In this document: in pieces, positions 49,523 through 59,403 of the stretch
Numbering within the stretch: the stretch's first letter is position 1
Layout of the letters: each line of letters starts with the position of its first letter
Assembly: GCA_036652495.1 (NCBI GenBank)
Contig: JAVVVS010000001.1
Coordinates: 76,240 to 140,239 of the forward strand
Origin: Bacteroides sp.
GTDB lineage: Bacteria; Bacteroidota; Bacteroidia; Bacteroidales; Bacteroidaceae
Direction: 5' to 3'
Length of the DNA stretch: 64,000 bases
Made by a program: the position numbers and the translations under genes
Notes under the pieces: generated by a model
Databases searched by the model: none
What the model was told of the DNA's origin: nothing
What the model saw: the letters and a program-made list of their open reading frames with translations, nothing else

Positions 49523-50692
49523 ATGATACTATCCGAACAAACCTGGCGCTGGTACGGACCCAATGATCCTGTCAGCCTCCGGGACATCAAGCAAGCCGGA
49601 GCAACCGGTATTGTCAACGCTCTGCATCACATCAAGAACGGTGAAGTGTGGACGGTAGAAGAGATAATGAAACGCAAAACGCTCATCGAATCCGCCGGTC
49701 TGCGATGGTCGGTGGTAGAAAGCGTACCGGTGCACGAACACATCAAAACGCAAACAGGAGCGTTTCAGCACTACATCAACAACTACAAGGAGAGCCTGCG
49801 CAACCTTGGCAAGTGCGGCATCCCCATCGTCACCTACAACTTTATGCCCGTGCTGGACTGGACGCGTACCGACCTGGCTTACGAGCTTCCCGATGGCTCG
49901 CGCGCCCTTCGTTTTGAGCGGGCTGCCTTCATCGCCTTCGACCTCTTTCTGTTGCAACGCCCCGGAGCAGAAGCCGATTATACCGATGAAGAGAAAGCCA
50001 AAGCCAAAGCTCGCCTTGCACAGATGAGCCAAGCAGAGCGGCTACTGCTTATCCGCAACATGATAGCCGGCTTGCCCGGATCGGAAGAAAGCTTCACGCT
50101 CGCACAGTTACAACAAGAGCTCGACCGCTATCAAGGCGTTAGTGCCGGACAACTGCGCGCCCATCTCATCTACTTCCTCCGCGAGATTGCTCCCGTGGCG
50201 GATGCAGCCGGCGTGAAGCTGGTGATTCATCCCGACGACCCTCCCTGCTCCATCCTTGGTTTGCCCCGTATCATGAGTTGTGCCGCCGACTTCCAAGCAT
50301 TGATAGATGCCGTGCCCAATGCTTCCAACGGTCTTTGTCTCTGCACCGGCTCTTTAGGGGTGAGCAGCGCCAACGACTTGGAAAGCATGATGCAGCAGTT
50401 TGCAGACCGCATCAACTTCGTCCACTTCCGCAGCACACAACGCGATGCCGAAGGCAATTTCTATGAAGCCAATCACTTGGAAGGCGATGTAGACATGTAC
50501 CGCGTGATGCGTGCCTTCCTTGCATTGCAGCAACAACGGCAAATGTCTATCCCCATGCGCCCCGACCACGGGCACCAGATGATAGACGACCTGAAGAAAC
50601 AAACAAATCCCGGTTATTCTTGCATCGGACGCTTGCGCGGACTGGCAGAACTACGGGGCTTGGAGATGGGAATAGCGAAGTCGATTTATTAA
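49523..50692 (+). CDS. uxuA: Mannonate dehydratase
   Basis: [48 protein letters not shown]. Confidence 0.97.
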   Translation: MILSEQTWRWYGPNDPVSLRDIKQAGATGIVNALHHIKNGEVWTVEEIMKRKTLIESAGLRWSVVESVPVHEHIKTQTGAFQHYINNYKESLRNLGKCGIPIVTYNFMPVLDWTRTDLAYELPDGSRALRFERAAFIAFDLFLLQRPGAEADYTDEEKAKAKARLAQMSQAERLLLIRNMIAGLPGSEESFTLAQLQQELDRYQGVSAGQLRAHLIYFLREIAPVADAAGVKLVIHPDDPPCSILGLPRIMSCAADFQALIDAVPNASNGLCLCTGSLGVSSANDLESMMQQFADRINFVHFRSTQRDAEGNFYEANHLEGDVDMYRVMRAFLALQQQRQMSIPMRPDHGHQMIDDLKKQTNPGYSCIGRLRGLAELRGLEMGIAKSIY

Positions 50693-50768
50693 TCGGCTTC
50701 CAGTCACCGTTCGGGCAAGTTGTTTCTCTTCCAGAGAGAAGCAGCATATCAAAACCTATCCCAAGCTG

Positions 50769-50878
50769 TATCTTCCGTCAGGAGAGCCTCCCTCTCCCGG
50801 CAGGAGATCCTTCGTCTCTCGGTAAGAGAACTTCAAAGATCGGGTGAAAGATTGCCCGTCTCCCGGCAAAGGATTTTT
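50769..50878 (+). repeat. Dispersed 22-bp-unit element, copy 3 (5 degenerate units)
   Basis: TATCTTCCGTCAGGAGAGCCTC, CCTCTCCCGGCAGGAGATCCTT, CGTCTCTCGGTAAGAGAACTTC, AAAGATCGGGTGAAAGATTGCC, CGTCTCCCGGCAAAGGATTTTT in exact 22-bp phase. Confidence 0.75.
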
Positions 50879-50970
50879 TCGAGAAAGAAGCGATACTTCA
50901 AAACGGAGAAGGTATGCTTAACTTTGTACCCCTTGCGCCTGTTGAACAGACATAACATTAACCATCTATT

Positions 50971-51241
50971 ATGAGAGTCGTTCCCCTTCAGCGAGTAGCG
51001 GCTGACGGATGTAAAAACAAAAGCAAGCTGGTTCGGCATCATCCGCCCGGCAGGTACAGCCACACTGACGTGTTATGTCGTTCCGTACCTCTGGTATGCG
51101 GTGAAACAATTGTTGGAGCTGCACTACCCAGAGATGATGGCTGGCGGCGCGGCAGAGCTCCTCAAATCGCTCGTCTTTTCGTTCGTTATAGTGGGCATCA
51201 CGGGGCTATTGGTAAAGGCGGAAATCAAGTTGAAAGTATAG
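50971..51241 (+). pseudogene. Internally deleted DUF5009 / HGSNAT-like membrane acyltransferase pseudogene
   Basis: Promoter TAACTTTG (50919-50926) and ATG 50971 give MRVVPLQRVAA. A different frame (50999-51241) gives LTDVKTKASWFGIIRPAGTATLTCYVVPY...LKSLVFSFVIVGITGLLVKAEIKLKV*, which I recognise as the C-terminus of Bacteroides DUF5009 proteins. Confidence 0.72.
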
Positions 51242-51357
51242 TCAGAAAAAAAGAAGCTTTTCATTGCATTTTTCGCTAACAATAGATACCTTTGAGAGGT
51301 TTGTCTTATACCGATAAACTTAGCTTCGTAGTATCTATCCGTTAACACTGTCTTGCC

Positions 51358-52632
51358 ATGAAAACCTTGTTTCCATCTATTGCCAGTTTTCTGCTCCTGT
51401 TCGTATTCGGCCTCACTAGCATCGCTGTTACGGCACAAGAAAGCGAAGGCGTGTTCGTCATCAGCGGCGTGGTCAAAGACCAAAAAAGCAAACGTGCGTT
51501 AGAATACGTCAATGTCACCGTCCCCGGAAGCAACGTAGGAACGATTACCAATTCCGACGGCTTCTTCTCTCTCAAGATAAAGAAAAACAAAAACACTCCT
51601 TTCATCGAAATCTCCCACATCGGATACCAAACGAGCAGGCTGCCTATCGGACAAGAGAACATCGATGAAAAGGTTCTTTTCCTTTCTCCTGGAATCATCA
51701 GGCTCAACGAAGTTGTGATAAAGCCGGTCGATGCCCGGCAAGTGATCGATCAAGCCTTATCGGCTATCGGAGTCAACTACAACCGCTATCCTGCCATGCA
51801 CAAAGGCTTCTACCGGGAGACGTCCCAAAAGAAACGGAAGTACATTACAATCTCCGAAGCGGTGATTGATGTTTACAAGACGGCTTACACCGAAAATGTG
51901 GACAAAGACCGGGTACGCATCTTCAAAGGCAGGCAACTGCTCAGCCAGCGGCAAGGTGACACGCTAGCCGTAAAACTGATAGGCGGACCGACGCTTGCCA
52001 CCTTCCTTGACATGGTGAAGAACCCCGATGTGCTGCTCAGCCGCGACTGCCTTGACTATTACAAGTATGAATTTACAGAATATGCGATGATAGACAACCG
52101 CATGCACTACACCATCCGCTTCAGTCCACAAGTGGTAACAGACGACCCTCTTTACACCGGCACGCTCTACATCGACCGAGAAAATTTCGCCATCACCCGC
52201 TTGGAGTTTAACCTCGACATGAGAGACAAAATGAAGGTAACGCGAATGATTCTCCGGCACAAACCAGCAGGACTGATGTTCAAACCGGTGAGCATTTCTT
52301 ACCTAGTCACCTACCGGCAGCAAGAAGGCCGTACGTACCTGAACTACATCCGCAACGAAATCAAATTCAATGCGGACTGGAAAAAGAAATGGTTCTCTAC
52401 CACCTATACCGTCACTTCAGAAATGGTGATTACCGACCGGCAGGACAATCCGCCGGGAAGCATCCCATACAAAGAGACATTCAAGTCGACACAGGTGCTC
52501 TCGGACAAAGTAATGAACTTCTACGACGAGAACTTCTGGGAAGATTATAACATCATTGAGCCTACCGAATCGCTGGACAATGCTGTGAAAAAACTAAAAA
52601 AGACGCAAGGGCAAGCCTTGTCCTTAAAATAA
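51358..52632 (+). CDS. Exported protein with N-terminal carboxypeptidase-like regulatory domain
   Basis: Signal peptide; ISGVVKD...GTITNSDGFFSL...ISHIGY; FYRE; C-terminal FWEDYNIIEP. Confidence 0.85.
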   Translation: MKTLFPSIASFLLLFVFGLTSIAVTAQESEGVFVISGVVKDQKSKRALEYVNVTVPGSNVGTITNSDGFFSLKIKKNKNTPFIEISHIGYQTSRLPIGQENIDEKVLFLSPGIIRLNEVVIKPVDARQVIDQALSAIGVNYNRYPAMHKGFYRETSQKKRKYITISEAVIDVYKTAYTENVDKDRVRIFKGRQLLSQRQGDTLAVKLIGGPTLATFLDMVKNPDVLLSRDCLDYYKYEFTEYAMIDNRMHYTIRFSPQVVTDDPLYTGTLYIDRENFAITRLEFNLDMRDKMKVTRMILRHKPAGLMFKPVSISYLVTYRQQEGRTYLNYIRNEIKFNADWKKKWFSTTYTVTSEMVITDRQDNPPGSIPYKETFKSTQVLSDKVMNFYDENFWEDYNIIEPTESLDNAVKKLKKTQGQALSLK

Positions 52633-52653
52633 AGAAAAGGCTTGCCCTTGCGT
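52603..52653. terminator. Hairpin between convergent genes, overlapping the stop codon
   Basis: Perfect 17-bp arms ACGCAAGGGCAAGCCTT (52603-52619) and AAGGCTTGCCCTTGCGT (52637-52653). Confidence 0.7.
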
Positions 52654-52682
52654 GCTTGCTGTAAGCCAGAAAAAGGAAGCGG

Positions 52683-53903
52683 CTATTTATAAATCAACGT
52701 AGTAAGAGAGCCTTCTGCCAACATCTCATTAGCTACCTCCAGCACCTCATCCGCCTTCAAAGCATCAATGCGCTGGCAAAGATAACTCAAGTCATCGTAC
52801 CGATTGTAATGCAGGTACGTTTTGCCCATATTGAGCGCATTGTTCTCGTAATTGTCCGACGAAACGCAAATCTGCCCTATCAGTTGCTTCTTGGCAGCAT
52901 CCAGTTGCAAAGACGTCATCTTTTGATCCCGCAGCCGCCGCAGTTCTTGATTAGTCAGCTTCAAACAGGTGTCAATATCTTCGGAGTCGGTACCGAAATA
53001 GATGCTAAATGCACCCGTATCGGTATAAGAAGTCAGATTTGACTCTACGTTGTACACCAATCCACGGCGTTCGCGCAAAGATACGTTCAGACGGCTGTTC
53101 ATACCCGGACCGCCAAGAATGTTGTTCAGCAAATAAAGCGCCGTTCGTTTGTCATCATAAGCATTGTAACTCCTACGCCCCAGCATCACGTGGGCTTGAT
53201 GAGTGTCTTTCGACATCACTAATTGCTCAGGCACGTACAAAGGAGGCGGCAACCGGCAATTATTCATCGCGATCACCGGAATGTCGGACATCTGCTTCTC
53301 AAGTAGCAGAATCAACCGTTTGAAATCCGCTCTGCCTTGAATAAAAAACACCATGTTGGCTGGTTGATAGTAACGGCGGGTAAAAGAGAGAAGGTCAGTA
53401 GTCTGGAATTGTTTCAGCAACTCGGGGCGCCCCAAGATGTTGTGCCCCAACGGATGCCCGCGAAAAATCATATCTTCAAAGTCATCGAAAATCAGTTCGC
53501 CAGGACTGTCTTCGTAAGATTGCAACTCGTCGAGAATAACCTCCGTTTCGCGTTCTATCTCGTGTTGCGGAAAGGTGGACCGAAAAATCATATCGACCAG
53601 AAGCTCCACCGCCCGCGGCAAATCCTGATAAAGAAAAGCCGAATACACCACCGTCTCCTCTTTGTTGGTGTAAGCATTCAAATCACCTCCCACCGCTTCC
53701 ATCCGGTTGAGAATGTGCCACGCTTTGCGCTTTTGCGTACCTTTAAAAACAAGATGTTCTACAAAGTGAGCCATCCCCTGCTCTTGGTCGGACTCGTCAC
53801 GAGCACCGGCATCGATAGCAAAACCACAGTAGGTCACATCGGAAGCTACCGGATTGAAAATAACCCGAAGCCCATTAGACAAGGTTTCTTTGGTTTGACT
53901 CAT
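52683..53903 (-). CDS. M16 (pitrilysin-family) zinc peptidase
   Basis: HFVEH motif, LNAYTNKEET, GGPGMNSRL. Start uncertain (53903 or 53918); -7 box TATTTTTG at 53946-53953 on the minus strand. Confidence 0.9.
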   Translation of the reverse strand: MSQTKETLSNGLRVIFNPVASDVTYCGFAIDAGARDESDQEQGMAHFVEHLVFKGTQKRKAWHILNRMEAVGGDLNAYTNKEETVVYSAFLYQDLPRAVELLVDMIFRSTFPQHEIERETEVILDELQSYEDSPGELIFDDFEDMIFRGHPLGHNILGRPELLKQFQTTDLLSFTRRYYQPANMVFFIQGRADFKRLILLLEKQMSDIPVIAMNNCRLPPPLYVPEQLVMSKDTHQAHVMLGRRSYNAYDDKRTALYLLNNILGGPGMNSRLNVSLRERRGLVYNVESNLTSYTDTGAFSIYFGTDSEDIDTCLKLTNQELRRLRDQKMTSLQLDAAKKQLIGQICVSSDNYENNALNMGKTYLHYNRYDDLSYLCQRIDALKADEVLEVANEMLAEGSLTTLIYK

Positions 53904-54018
53904 TATTATATTCTTCATTCTCAGCACTAAGTTTTGTTGATGGGACAAAAATACAACAAAACTTATTGTCGTTTATAGAAAATTGCAGATATTTGTAGGC
54001 TACAAGAGCAATTAAGGT

Positions 54019-54570
54019 ATGATGAAGATAGGTATTTTCTGTTCCGCCTCCGAGAACATTGATCAAATGTACTTCGATTCGGCTACTCGTATCGGTCAAT
54101 GGCTGGGCAAGAACGGCTGCACACTGATTTACGGAGGAGCTAGTTTGGGGCTGATGGAATGTGTAGCCCGCGCGGTGAAAGCAAATGGCGGACGAGTAGT
54201 CGGAGTGGTACCGGAAAAGCTCGAAGAGAACGGAAAAGTAAGTTTGCTGCCCGATGAAGTGATTCGCACCCACGACCTAAGCGACCGGAAAGACATCCTC
54301 GTGAGAGAATCACAGGTGCTGCTGGCATTGCCGGGAGGAGTAGGAACCCTCGACGAAGTGTTTCATACCATTGCCGCCGCCTCTATCGGCTATCATCACA
54401 AACGCGTGGTGTTTTATAACGAAAGCGGCTTTTACGACAAACTGCTGGCTGCGCTCGACGAGATGGAAACGAAAGGATTTGCCCGTAAGCCCATGTCGGC
54501 TTATTATGAAGTAGCTCGCTCGCTGGAAGAATTAAAAACGATTATACATCCGTGCCCTACCTATTCCTAA
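54019..54570 (+). CDS. LOG-family (TIGR00730) nucleotide phosphoribohydrolase
   Basis: IYGGASLGLM, DRK and PGGVGTLDE motifs. Confidence 0.92.
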   Translation: MMKIGIFCSASENIDQMYFDSATRIGQWLGKNGCTLIYGGASLGLMECVARAVKANGGRVVGVVPEKLEENGKVSLLPDEVIRTHDLSDRKDILVRESQVLLALPGGVGTLDEVFHTIAAASIGYHHKRVVFYNESGFYDKLLAALDEMETKGFARKPMSAYYEVARSLEELKTIIHPCPTYS

Positions 54571-54600
54571 AAAGAATACGCGAGCACATTAGCATATATT

Positions 54601-55212
54601 ATGACTATGACAGAATCTATCAAAGAACTCCTTCAGAAGGAAGCACAAGCGGTATTGAATATTCCAGTGACTGATGCTTACGAGAAGGCAGTAAACCTTA
54701 TTGTGGAGCAAATACACCAAAAACGAGGCAAGTTGGTCACTTCGGGCATGGGGAAAGCAGGGCAAATTGCCATGAACATTTCCACGACCTTCTGCTCTAC
54801 GGGAGTACCTTCCGTCTTTCTACATCCCAGCGAAGCGCAACATGGCGACTTGGGCATCTTGCAAGAAAACGACTTGCTGCTGCTCATCTCAAACTCTGGC
54901 AAAACACGTGAAATAGTAGAACTCACCCGCTTGGCTCACAACCTGAACCCGGAACTGAAGTTTATCGTCATCACCGGAAACCCCAACAGCCCGCTGGCAG
55001 ACGAATCGGATGTCTGCCTGAGTACCGGCAAACCGGACGAAGTCTGTACATTGGGAATGACACCAACAACATCAACCACCGCAATGACCGTCATCGGTGA
55101 TATCTTGGTGGTACAGACCATGAAAAAGACTCATTTCACCATTGAAGAATATTCCAAACGCCACCACGGCGGTTACCTGGGCGAAAAATCGAGAGAACTA
55201 TGCGAAAAGTAA
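54601..55212 (+). CDS. SIS-domain sugar-phosphate isomerase (KpsF/GutQ/KdsD-like, no CBS domains)
   Basis: SGMGKAG, HPSEAQHGDLG, ISNSGKT, PTTST, HHGGYLG. Confidence 0.9.
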   Translation: MTMTESIKELLQKEAQAVLNIPVTDAYEKAVNLIVEQIHQKRGKLVTSGMGKAGQIAMNISTTFCSTGVPSVFLHPSEAQHGDLGILQENDLLLLISNSGKTREIVELTRLAHNLNPELKFIVITGNPNSPLADESDVCLSTGKPDEVCTLGMTPTTSTTAMTVIGDILVVQTMKKTHFTIEEYSKRHHGGYLGEKSRELCEK

Positions 55213-56123
55213 TCGGCATCGGTGAAACCATTCTCGACATTATCTTTCAGAACAACCAGCCTACGGCAGCCGTTCCGGGAGGTTCTGTCTTCAATGGAAT
55301 TATTTCTTTAGCCCGTATAGGAGTCAATGTGTGCTTTATCAGCGAAACAGGCAATGACCGGGTAGGCAACACTATCCTGAATTTTATGCGCGACAACCAC
55401 ATTGCCACCGACCACGTCAATGTATTTCCCGACGGAAAGTCGCCCATCTCACTGGCGTTCCTCAACGAACGCAATGATGCGGAATACCTCTTCTACAAAG
55501 ATTATCCCAGACAACGACTCGACATCTCGTTTCCGAAAATCAATGAAGACGATATTGTCATCATCGGTTCGTATTACGCACTGAACCCGCTGCTGCGCGA
55601 CAAGATCACCGATCTCTTGGACCTGGCGCGCGAAAAGAAAGCCATCATTTATTACGACCCCAATTTCCGATCCTCGCACAAAGACGAAGCCCTGAGGCTG
55701 ACCTCTACCATCATCGAGAATCTGGAATATGCCGACATTGTGCGCGGGTCTATCGACGACTTCTTCTATATGTACGGCTTGCGCGAAGTGGATAAGGTCT
55801 ACCGGGACAAGATTAAATACTACTGCCCCAACTTCCTCTGTACCACAGGCGCCGAAAGCATCTCTTTAAGAACCCGAAGCCTCAGCAAAGAATACCCCGT
55901 TGAACAATTGAAATCCGTCAGCACCATCGGAGCCGGTGACAACTTCAACGCAGGACTTATCTTTGGATTGTTGAAGTATGACGTGCGCTATCGCGACCTG
56001 ACCAGCCTTGATGAAACCACCTGGAACAAAATCATTCAGTGCGGGAAAGACTTCGCTGCAGAAGTATGCAAAAGCTACGAAAACTCTATCTCCAAGACAT
56101 TTGCCAGCAATTATATTTCTTAA
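55200..56123 (+). CDS. PfkB-family carbohydrate kinase
   Basis: GIGETILD, PGGSVFN, YDPNFR, STIGAGDNFNAG. Confidence 0.92.
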   Translation: MRKVIGIGETILDIIFQNNQPTAAVPGGSVFNGIISLARIGVNVCFISETGNDRVGNTILNFMRDNHIATDHVNVFPDGKSPISLAFLNERNDAEYLFYKDYPRQRLDISFPKINEDDIVIIGSYYALNPLLRDKITDLLDLAREKKAIIYYDPNFRSSHKDEALRLTSTIIENLEYADIVRGSIDDFFYMYGLREVDKVYRDKIKYYCPNFLCTTGAESISLRTRSLSKEYPVEQLKSVSTIGAGDNFNAGLIFGLLKYDVRYRDLTSLDETTWNKIIQCGKDFAAEVCKSYENSISKTFASNYIS

Positions 56124-56217
56124 AGAGTATGTACTTTGACTAATTATAGCAAAGCCTTCACCATATCTTCGAGGAATTCTTATCTTTGCATACTGTGTTT
56201 CTAGACAAAATGGTACT

Positions 56218-57276
56218 ATGTATAAGAATCTATTGAATTGGCTAACCCTCGTGCTCATTCTGCCTTCGTGCAGCGAAACGCTTCCTAGCATTTCGGTAGT
56301 TTGCGAAGAGAACAATGTGGGAAACTGCATCATCAAATGGGAAACAGCCCCGATTATCAAAGGTCAAGTGAAGGTGTATGCCTCCACCAACCCCGAAACA
56401 ATAGTGGAAGATACCCCCATTGCGACAGGCAACATTGCCGATGAACGGATGACCATCATCACAGAGAATCCTTCGCAACGATACTATTATCTGATGGTAT
56501 TCAATGATAAGTACCGTGTACGGGTAGCTACCCGTAACATCAATATCCCCGGCATACAAAACTTCCGCGACTTGGGCGGGTATAAATCATCCACAACGAG
56601 CAAAGAGACTCGTTGGGGAATGCTTTATCGCTCGGCGCAGATTGACAGTATCGACTGCAATGCACGGCGCGAACTACATAATTTAGGCATTCGCACCATC
56701 ATCGACCTCCGCACCAAACAAGAACTGGACAACTACCCGCAACTACAGAAAGGCTTCAACGTCATTCATATCCCTATCGCTACGGGCAGCATGGTCAACC
56801 TCCTGCTCAAAATTCAGGAGGGAGAAATCAAAGGAGACACCATCTATCAGATGGTAGAGCAAATGAACCGCGAACTGATAGCCAACTATCAGAAAGAATA
56901 CAAACAAATCTTCGACATCCTGCTCGACCGCGCCAGCTATCCCGTCGTTATCCATTGTTCATCGGGCAAAGGTCGAACAGGCATCGCTACCGCTTTTATC
57001 TTGGCAGCATTGGGAATCAACGAAGACATCATCATGACAGACTATCGGCTGAGCAACGAATACTTCAACATTCCTAAAGTTTCCAAGTATGCTTATAAGC
57101 TCCCCATCAACTCTCAAGAAGCCATCACCACTCTCTTTTCGGCAAAGGAAGACTTCTTGAATGCCGCCAAGTCTGAAGCCGAGCAACTGTACGGTGACGT
57201 CCCTACCTATCTGGAGAAAGGGGTAGGACTCACAAAGAAAGAAAGAGACAGACTACGAAGCATCCTTTTAAATTAA
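56218..57276 (+). CDS. Protein-tyrosine/lipid phosphatase (Y_phosphatase3 / MptpB-like) lipoprotein
   Basis: Lipobox LPSC, NFRDLGG, LYRSA, IDLR, P-loop HCSSGKGRTG, DYRLSN. -7 box TATCTTTG at 56181-56188. Confidence 0.88.
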   Translation: MYKNLLNWLTLVLILPSCSETLPSISVVCEENNVGNCIIKWETAPIIKGQVKVYASTNPETIVEDTPIATGNIADERMTIITENPSQRYYYLMVFNDKYRVRVATRNINIPGIQNFRDLGGYKSSTTSKETRWGMLYRSAQIDSIDCNARRELHNLGIRTIIDLRTKQELDNYPQLQKGFNVIHIPIATGSMVNLLLKIQEGEIKGDTIYQMVEQMNRELIANYQKEYKQIFDILLDRASYPVVIHCSSGKGRTGIATAFILAALGINEDIIMTDYRLSNEYFNIPKVSKYAYKLPINSQEAITTLFSAKEDFLNAAKSEAEQLYGDVPTYLEKGVGLTKKERDRLRSILLN

Positions 57277-57351
57277 AAATTGGAAATCGGAAATTAAAAC
57301 CGATTTTTATTCCTACCTTTGCACCCGAAATAAAAGATATACAGAGATTTA

Positions 57352-59292
57352 ATGAAGACATTTGAAGAGCTTGGCGTTTCTCCGGAGATACGTAGAGCAA
57401 TCGTGGAGATGGGATATGAGAATCCCATGCCGGTACAAGAGGAAGTGATTCCGTACCTTTTAGGAGAAAATAATGACATAGTAGCTCTTGCTCAGACTGG
57501 AACAGGGAAAACAGCCGCATTCGGCCTGCCCCTTATCCAGCAAATTGACGTAAAGAACCGAGTTCCCCAATCCCTTATCCTTTGCCCCACAAGAGAGCTT
57601 TGCCTCCAGATAGCGGGCGACCTGAATGATTATTCCAAATACGTAGATGGTTTAAAGGTGCTCCCTGTTTACGGAGGTTCCTCTATTGACAGCCAGATAC
57701 GCAGCCTCAAACGCGGCGTACATATTATTGTAGCCACCCCAGGACGTTTGCTCGACCTGATGGAACGACGCACCGTTTCGCTTACGACCATCCATAATGT
57801 GGTGATGGACGAAGCCGACGAAATGCTTAATATGGGTTTCACCGACAGCATCAACGCCATCTTGGCGGATGTGCCCGAGCAACGAAACACCCTCCTCTTC
57901 TCCGCGACTATGAGTCCGGAAATTTCGCGCATCTCTAAGAAGTACCTGCGCGACGCCAAAGAAATCACCATCGGCCGCAAGAACGAAAGCACAAACAGCG
58001 TAAAGCATATCGCCTACATGGTGCAAGCCAGAGACAAATATGCCGTACTGAAACGCGTGGCAGACTATTACCCCGAAATATATGGTATCGTATTTTGCCG
58101 CACTCGAAAAGAGACGCAAGAGATAGCCGACAAACTGATGCAGGAAGGCTATAGCGCCGATTCGCTGCACGGCGAACTCTCGCAAGCACAACGCGACGCC
58201 GTGATGCAAAAGTTCCGCACCCGCAACATCCAAATACTGGTAGCTACAGACGTAGCAGCCCGCGGACTGGACGTAAACGACCTGACACACGTCATCAACT
58301 ACGGCTTGCCCGATGAAACGGAAAGCTATACGCACCGTAGCGGACGTACCGGACGTGCCGGAAAGACGGGTATCTCTATCGCCATCGTCAATATGCGCGA
58401 AAAAGGAAAGATGCGCGACATCGAACGCATCATCGGTAAAAAATTCATCATCGGACAGATACCTACCGGCAAAGAGATTTGCGAAAAGCAACTCATCAAA
58501 GTAATCGATGAAATAGAAAAGGTAAAAGTAAACGAAGAGGAGATTGCGGACTTTATGCCCGAAATTTACCGCAAACTGGAATGGCTGAGCAAAGAAGACG
58601 TCATCAAACGTATGGTGTCGATGGAATTCAACCGTTTCCTCGAATACTACCGTGGACGAAACGAGATTGAAGCCCCCGCACCGGACAGCCGTGGAGACCG
58701 CCCCGAACGGGGCGAACGCCGTGGACGCGATGGCGGAGATGGCTCTCATCAACCGTCACCCGGATTCAAACGCCTCTTTATCAACCTTGGAAAGATGGAC
58801 AGCTTCTTCCCCAGCGAACTGATTGGTCTGCTAAACAGCAACACCCGCGGACGCGTGGAATTAGGGCGTATTGACCTCATGAAAAGTTTCTCCTTCTTTG
58901 AAGTAGACGAAAATGAAGCACAAAACGTAGTAAAAGCGTTGAACCGCGCCAACTGGAATGGTCGCAAAGTAGCCGTTGAAGTAGCCGGTGAGGAAGCTGG
59001 AGAAGGACGCAGAAGCGGAGGAAACAGTTTTAGCGAGCGCCGTACAGACCGCAAACCTTTTGGCAATTCATCCGACAAACGTGAACACACGCCCCGTGCT
59101 CCCCGCGAAGACGGAGCACCTAGACCCGAACGCGCTCCCAAAGCAGCGACCAAAAGCAGCGACAAACCCAGCCGTGAAGAACGTGGATATGCCACCGAAC
59201 GAGGTCCCAAAGATGACTGGAAACAGTTCTTTAAAGATGACGAACCGGATTTCAGCGAAGAAGGATGGGCACGCCGGAAACCTAAGAAATAA
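57352..59292 (+). CDS. DEAD-box RNA helicase (CsdA/DeaD-like, DbpA-type RNA-binding domain)
   Basis: Q motif, GTGKT, PTREL, TPGR, DEAD, SAT, ARGLD, HRSGRTGR. -7 box TACCTTTG at 57314-57321. Confidence 0.95.
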   Translation: MKTFEELGVSPEIRRAIVEMGYENPMPVQEEVIPYLLGENNDIVALAQTGTGKTAAFGLPLIQQIDVKNRVPQSLILCPTRELCLQIAGDLNDYSKYVDGLKVLPVYGGSSIDSQIRSLKRGVHIIVATPGRLLDLMERRTVSLTTIHNVVMDEADEMLNMGFTDSINAILADVPEQRNTLLFSATMSPEISRISKKYLRDAKEITIGRKNESTNSVKHIAYMVQARDKYAVLKRVADYYPEIYGIVFCRTRKETQEIADKLMQEGYSADSLHGELSQAQRDAVMQKFRTRNIQILVATDVAARGLDVNDLTHVINYGLPDETESYTHRSGRTGRAGKTGISIAIVNMREKGKMRDIERIIGKKFIIGQIPTGKEICEKQLIKVIDEIEKVKVNEEEIADFMPEIYRKLEWLSKEDVIKRMVSMEFNRFLEYYRGRNEIEAPAPDSRGDRPERGERRGRDGGDGSHQPSPGFKRLFINLGKMDSFFPSELIGLLNSNTRGRVELGRIDLMKSFSFFEVDENEAQNVVKALNRANWNGRKVAVEVAGEEAGEGRRSGGNSFSERRTDRKPFGNSSDKREHTPRAPREDGAPRPERAPKAATKSSDKPSREERGYATERGPKDDWKQFFKDDEPDFSEEGWARRKPKK

Positions 59293-59326
59293 GAGCAACA
59301 GATTGACACAATCAGCTTAATATGCT

Positions 59327-59373
59327 AAAGCAAGACCTCATTCAGGATGGATAAATGGGGTCTTGCTTTTTTT
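59327..59373 (+). terminator. Intrinsic terminator of the helicase
   Basis: AAAGCAAGACCTCATT ... AATGGGGTCTTGCTTT followed by a T-run. Confidence 0.85.
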
Positions 59374-59403
59374 ATTTCTATCCTTAACCCGCCAATTAAT
59401 TGA

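Noticed and set aside
50971-51279. 102-aa ORF as a genuine novel protein
   Set aside because: Better explained as the out-of-frame product of the deleted DUF5009-like gene.
52603-52653. Stop codon inside a 17-bp hairpin as a recoding signal
   Set aside because: More simply a terminator between convergent genes overlapping the last codons; no meaningful downstream ORF.
57652-58752. 366-aa antisense ORF, and similar ones at 7054-7836, 22159-23067 and 33592-34560
   Set aside because: Shadow frames of well-supported genes with biased codon usage; no recognisable motifs.
58680-59292. Arg/Gly/Glu-rich helicase tail as a novel domain
   Set aside because: Disordered charged tails are usual for CsdA-type helicases.
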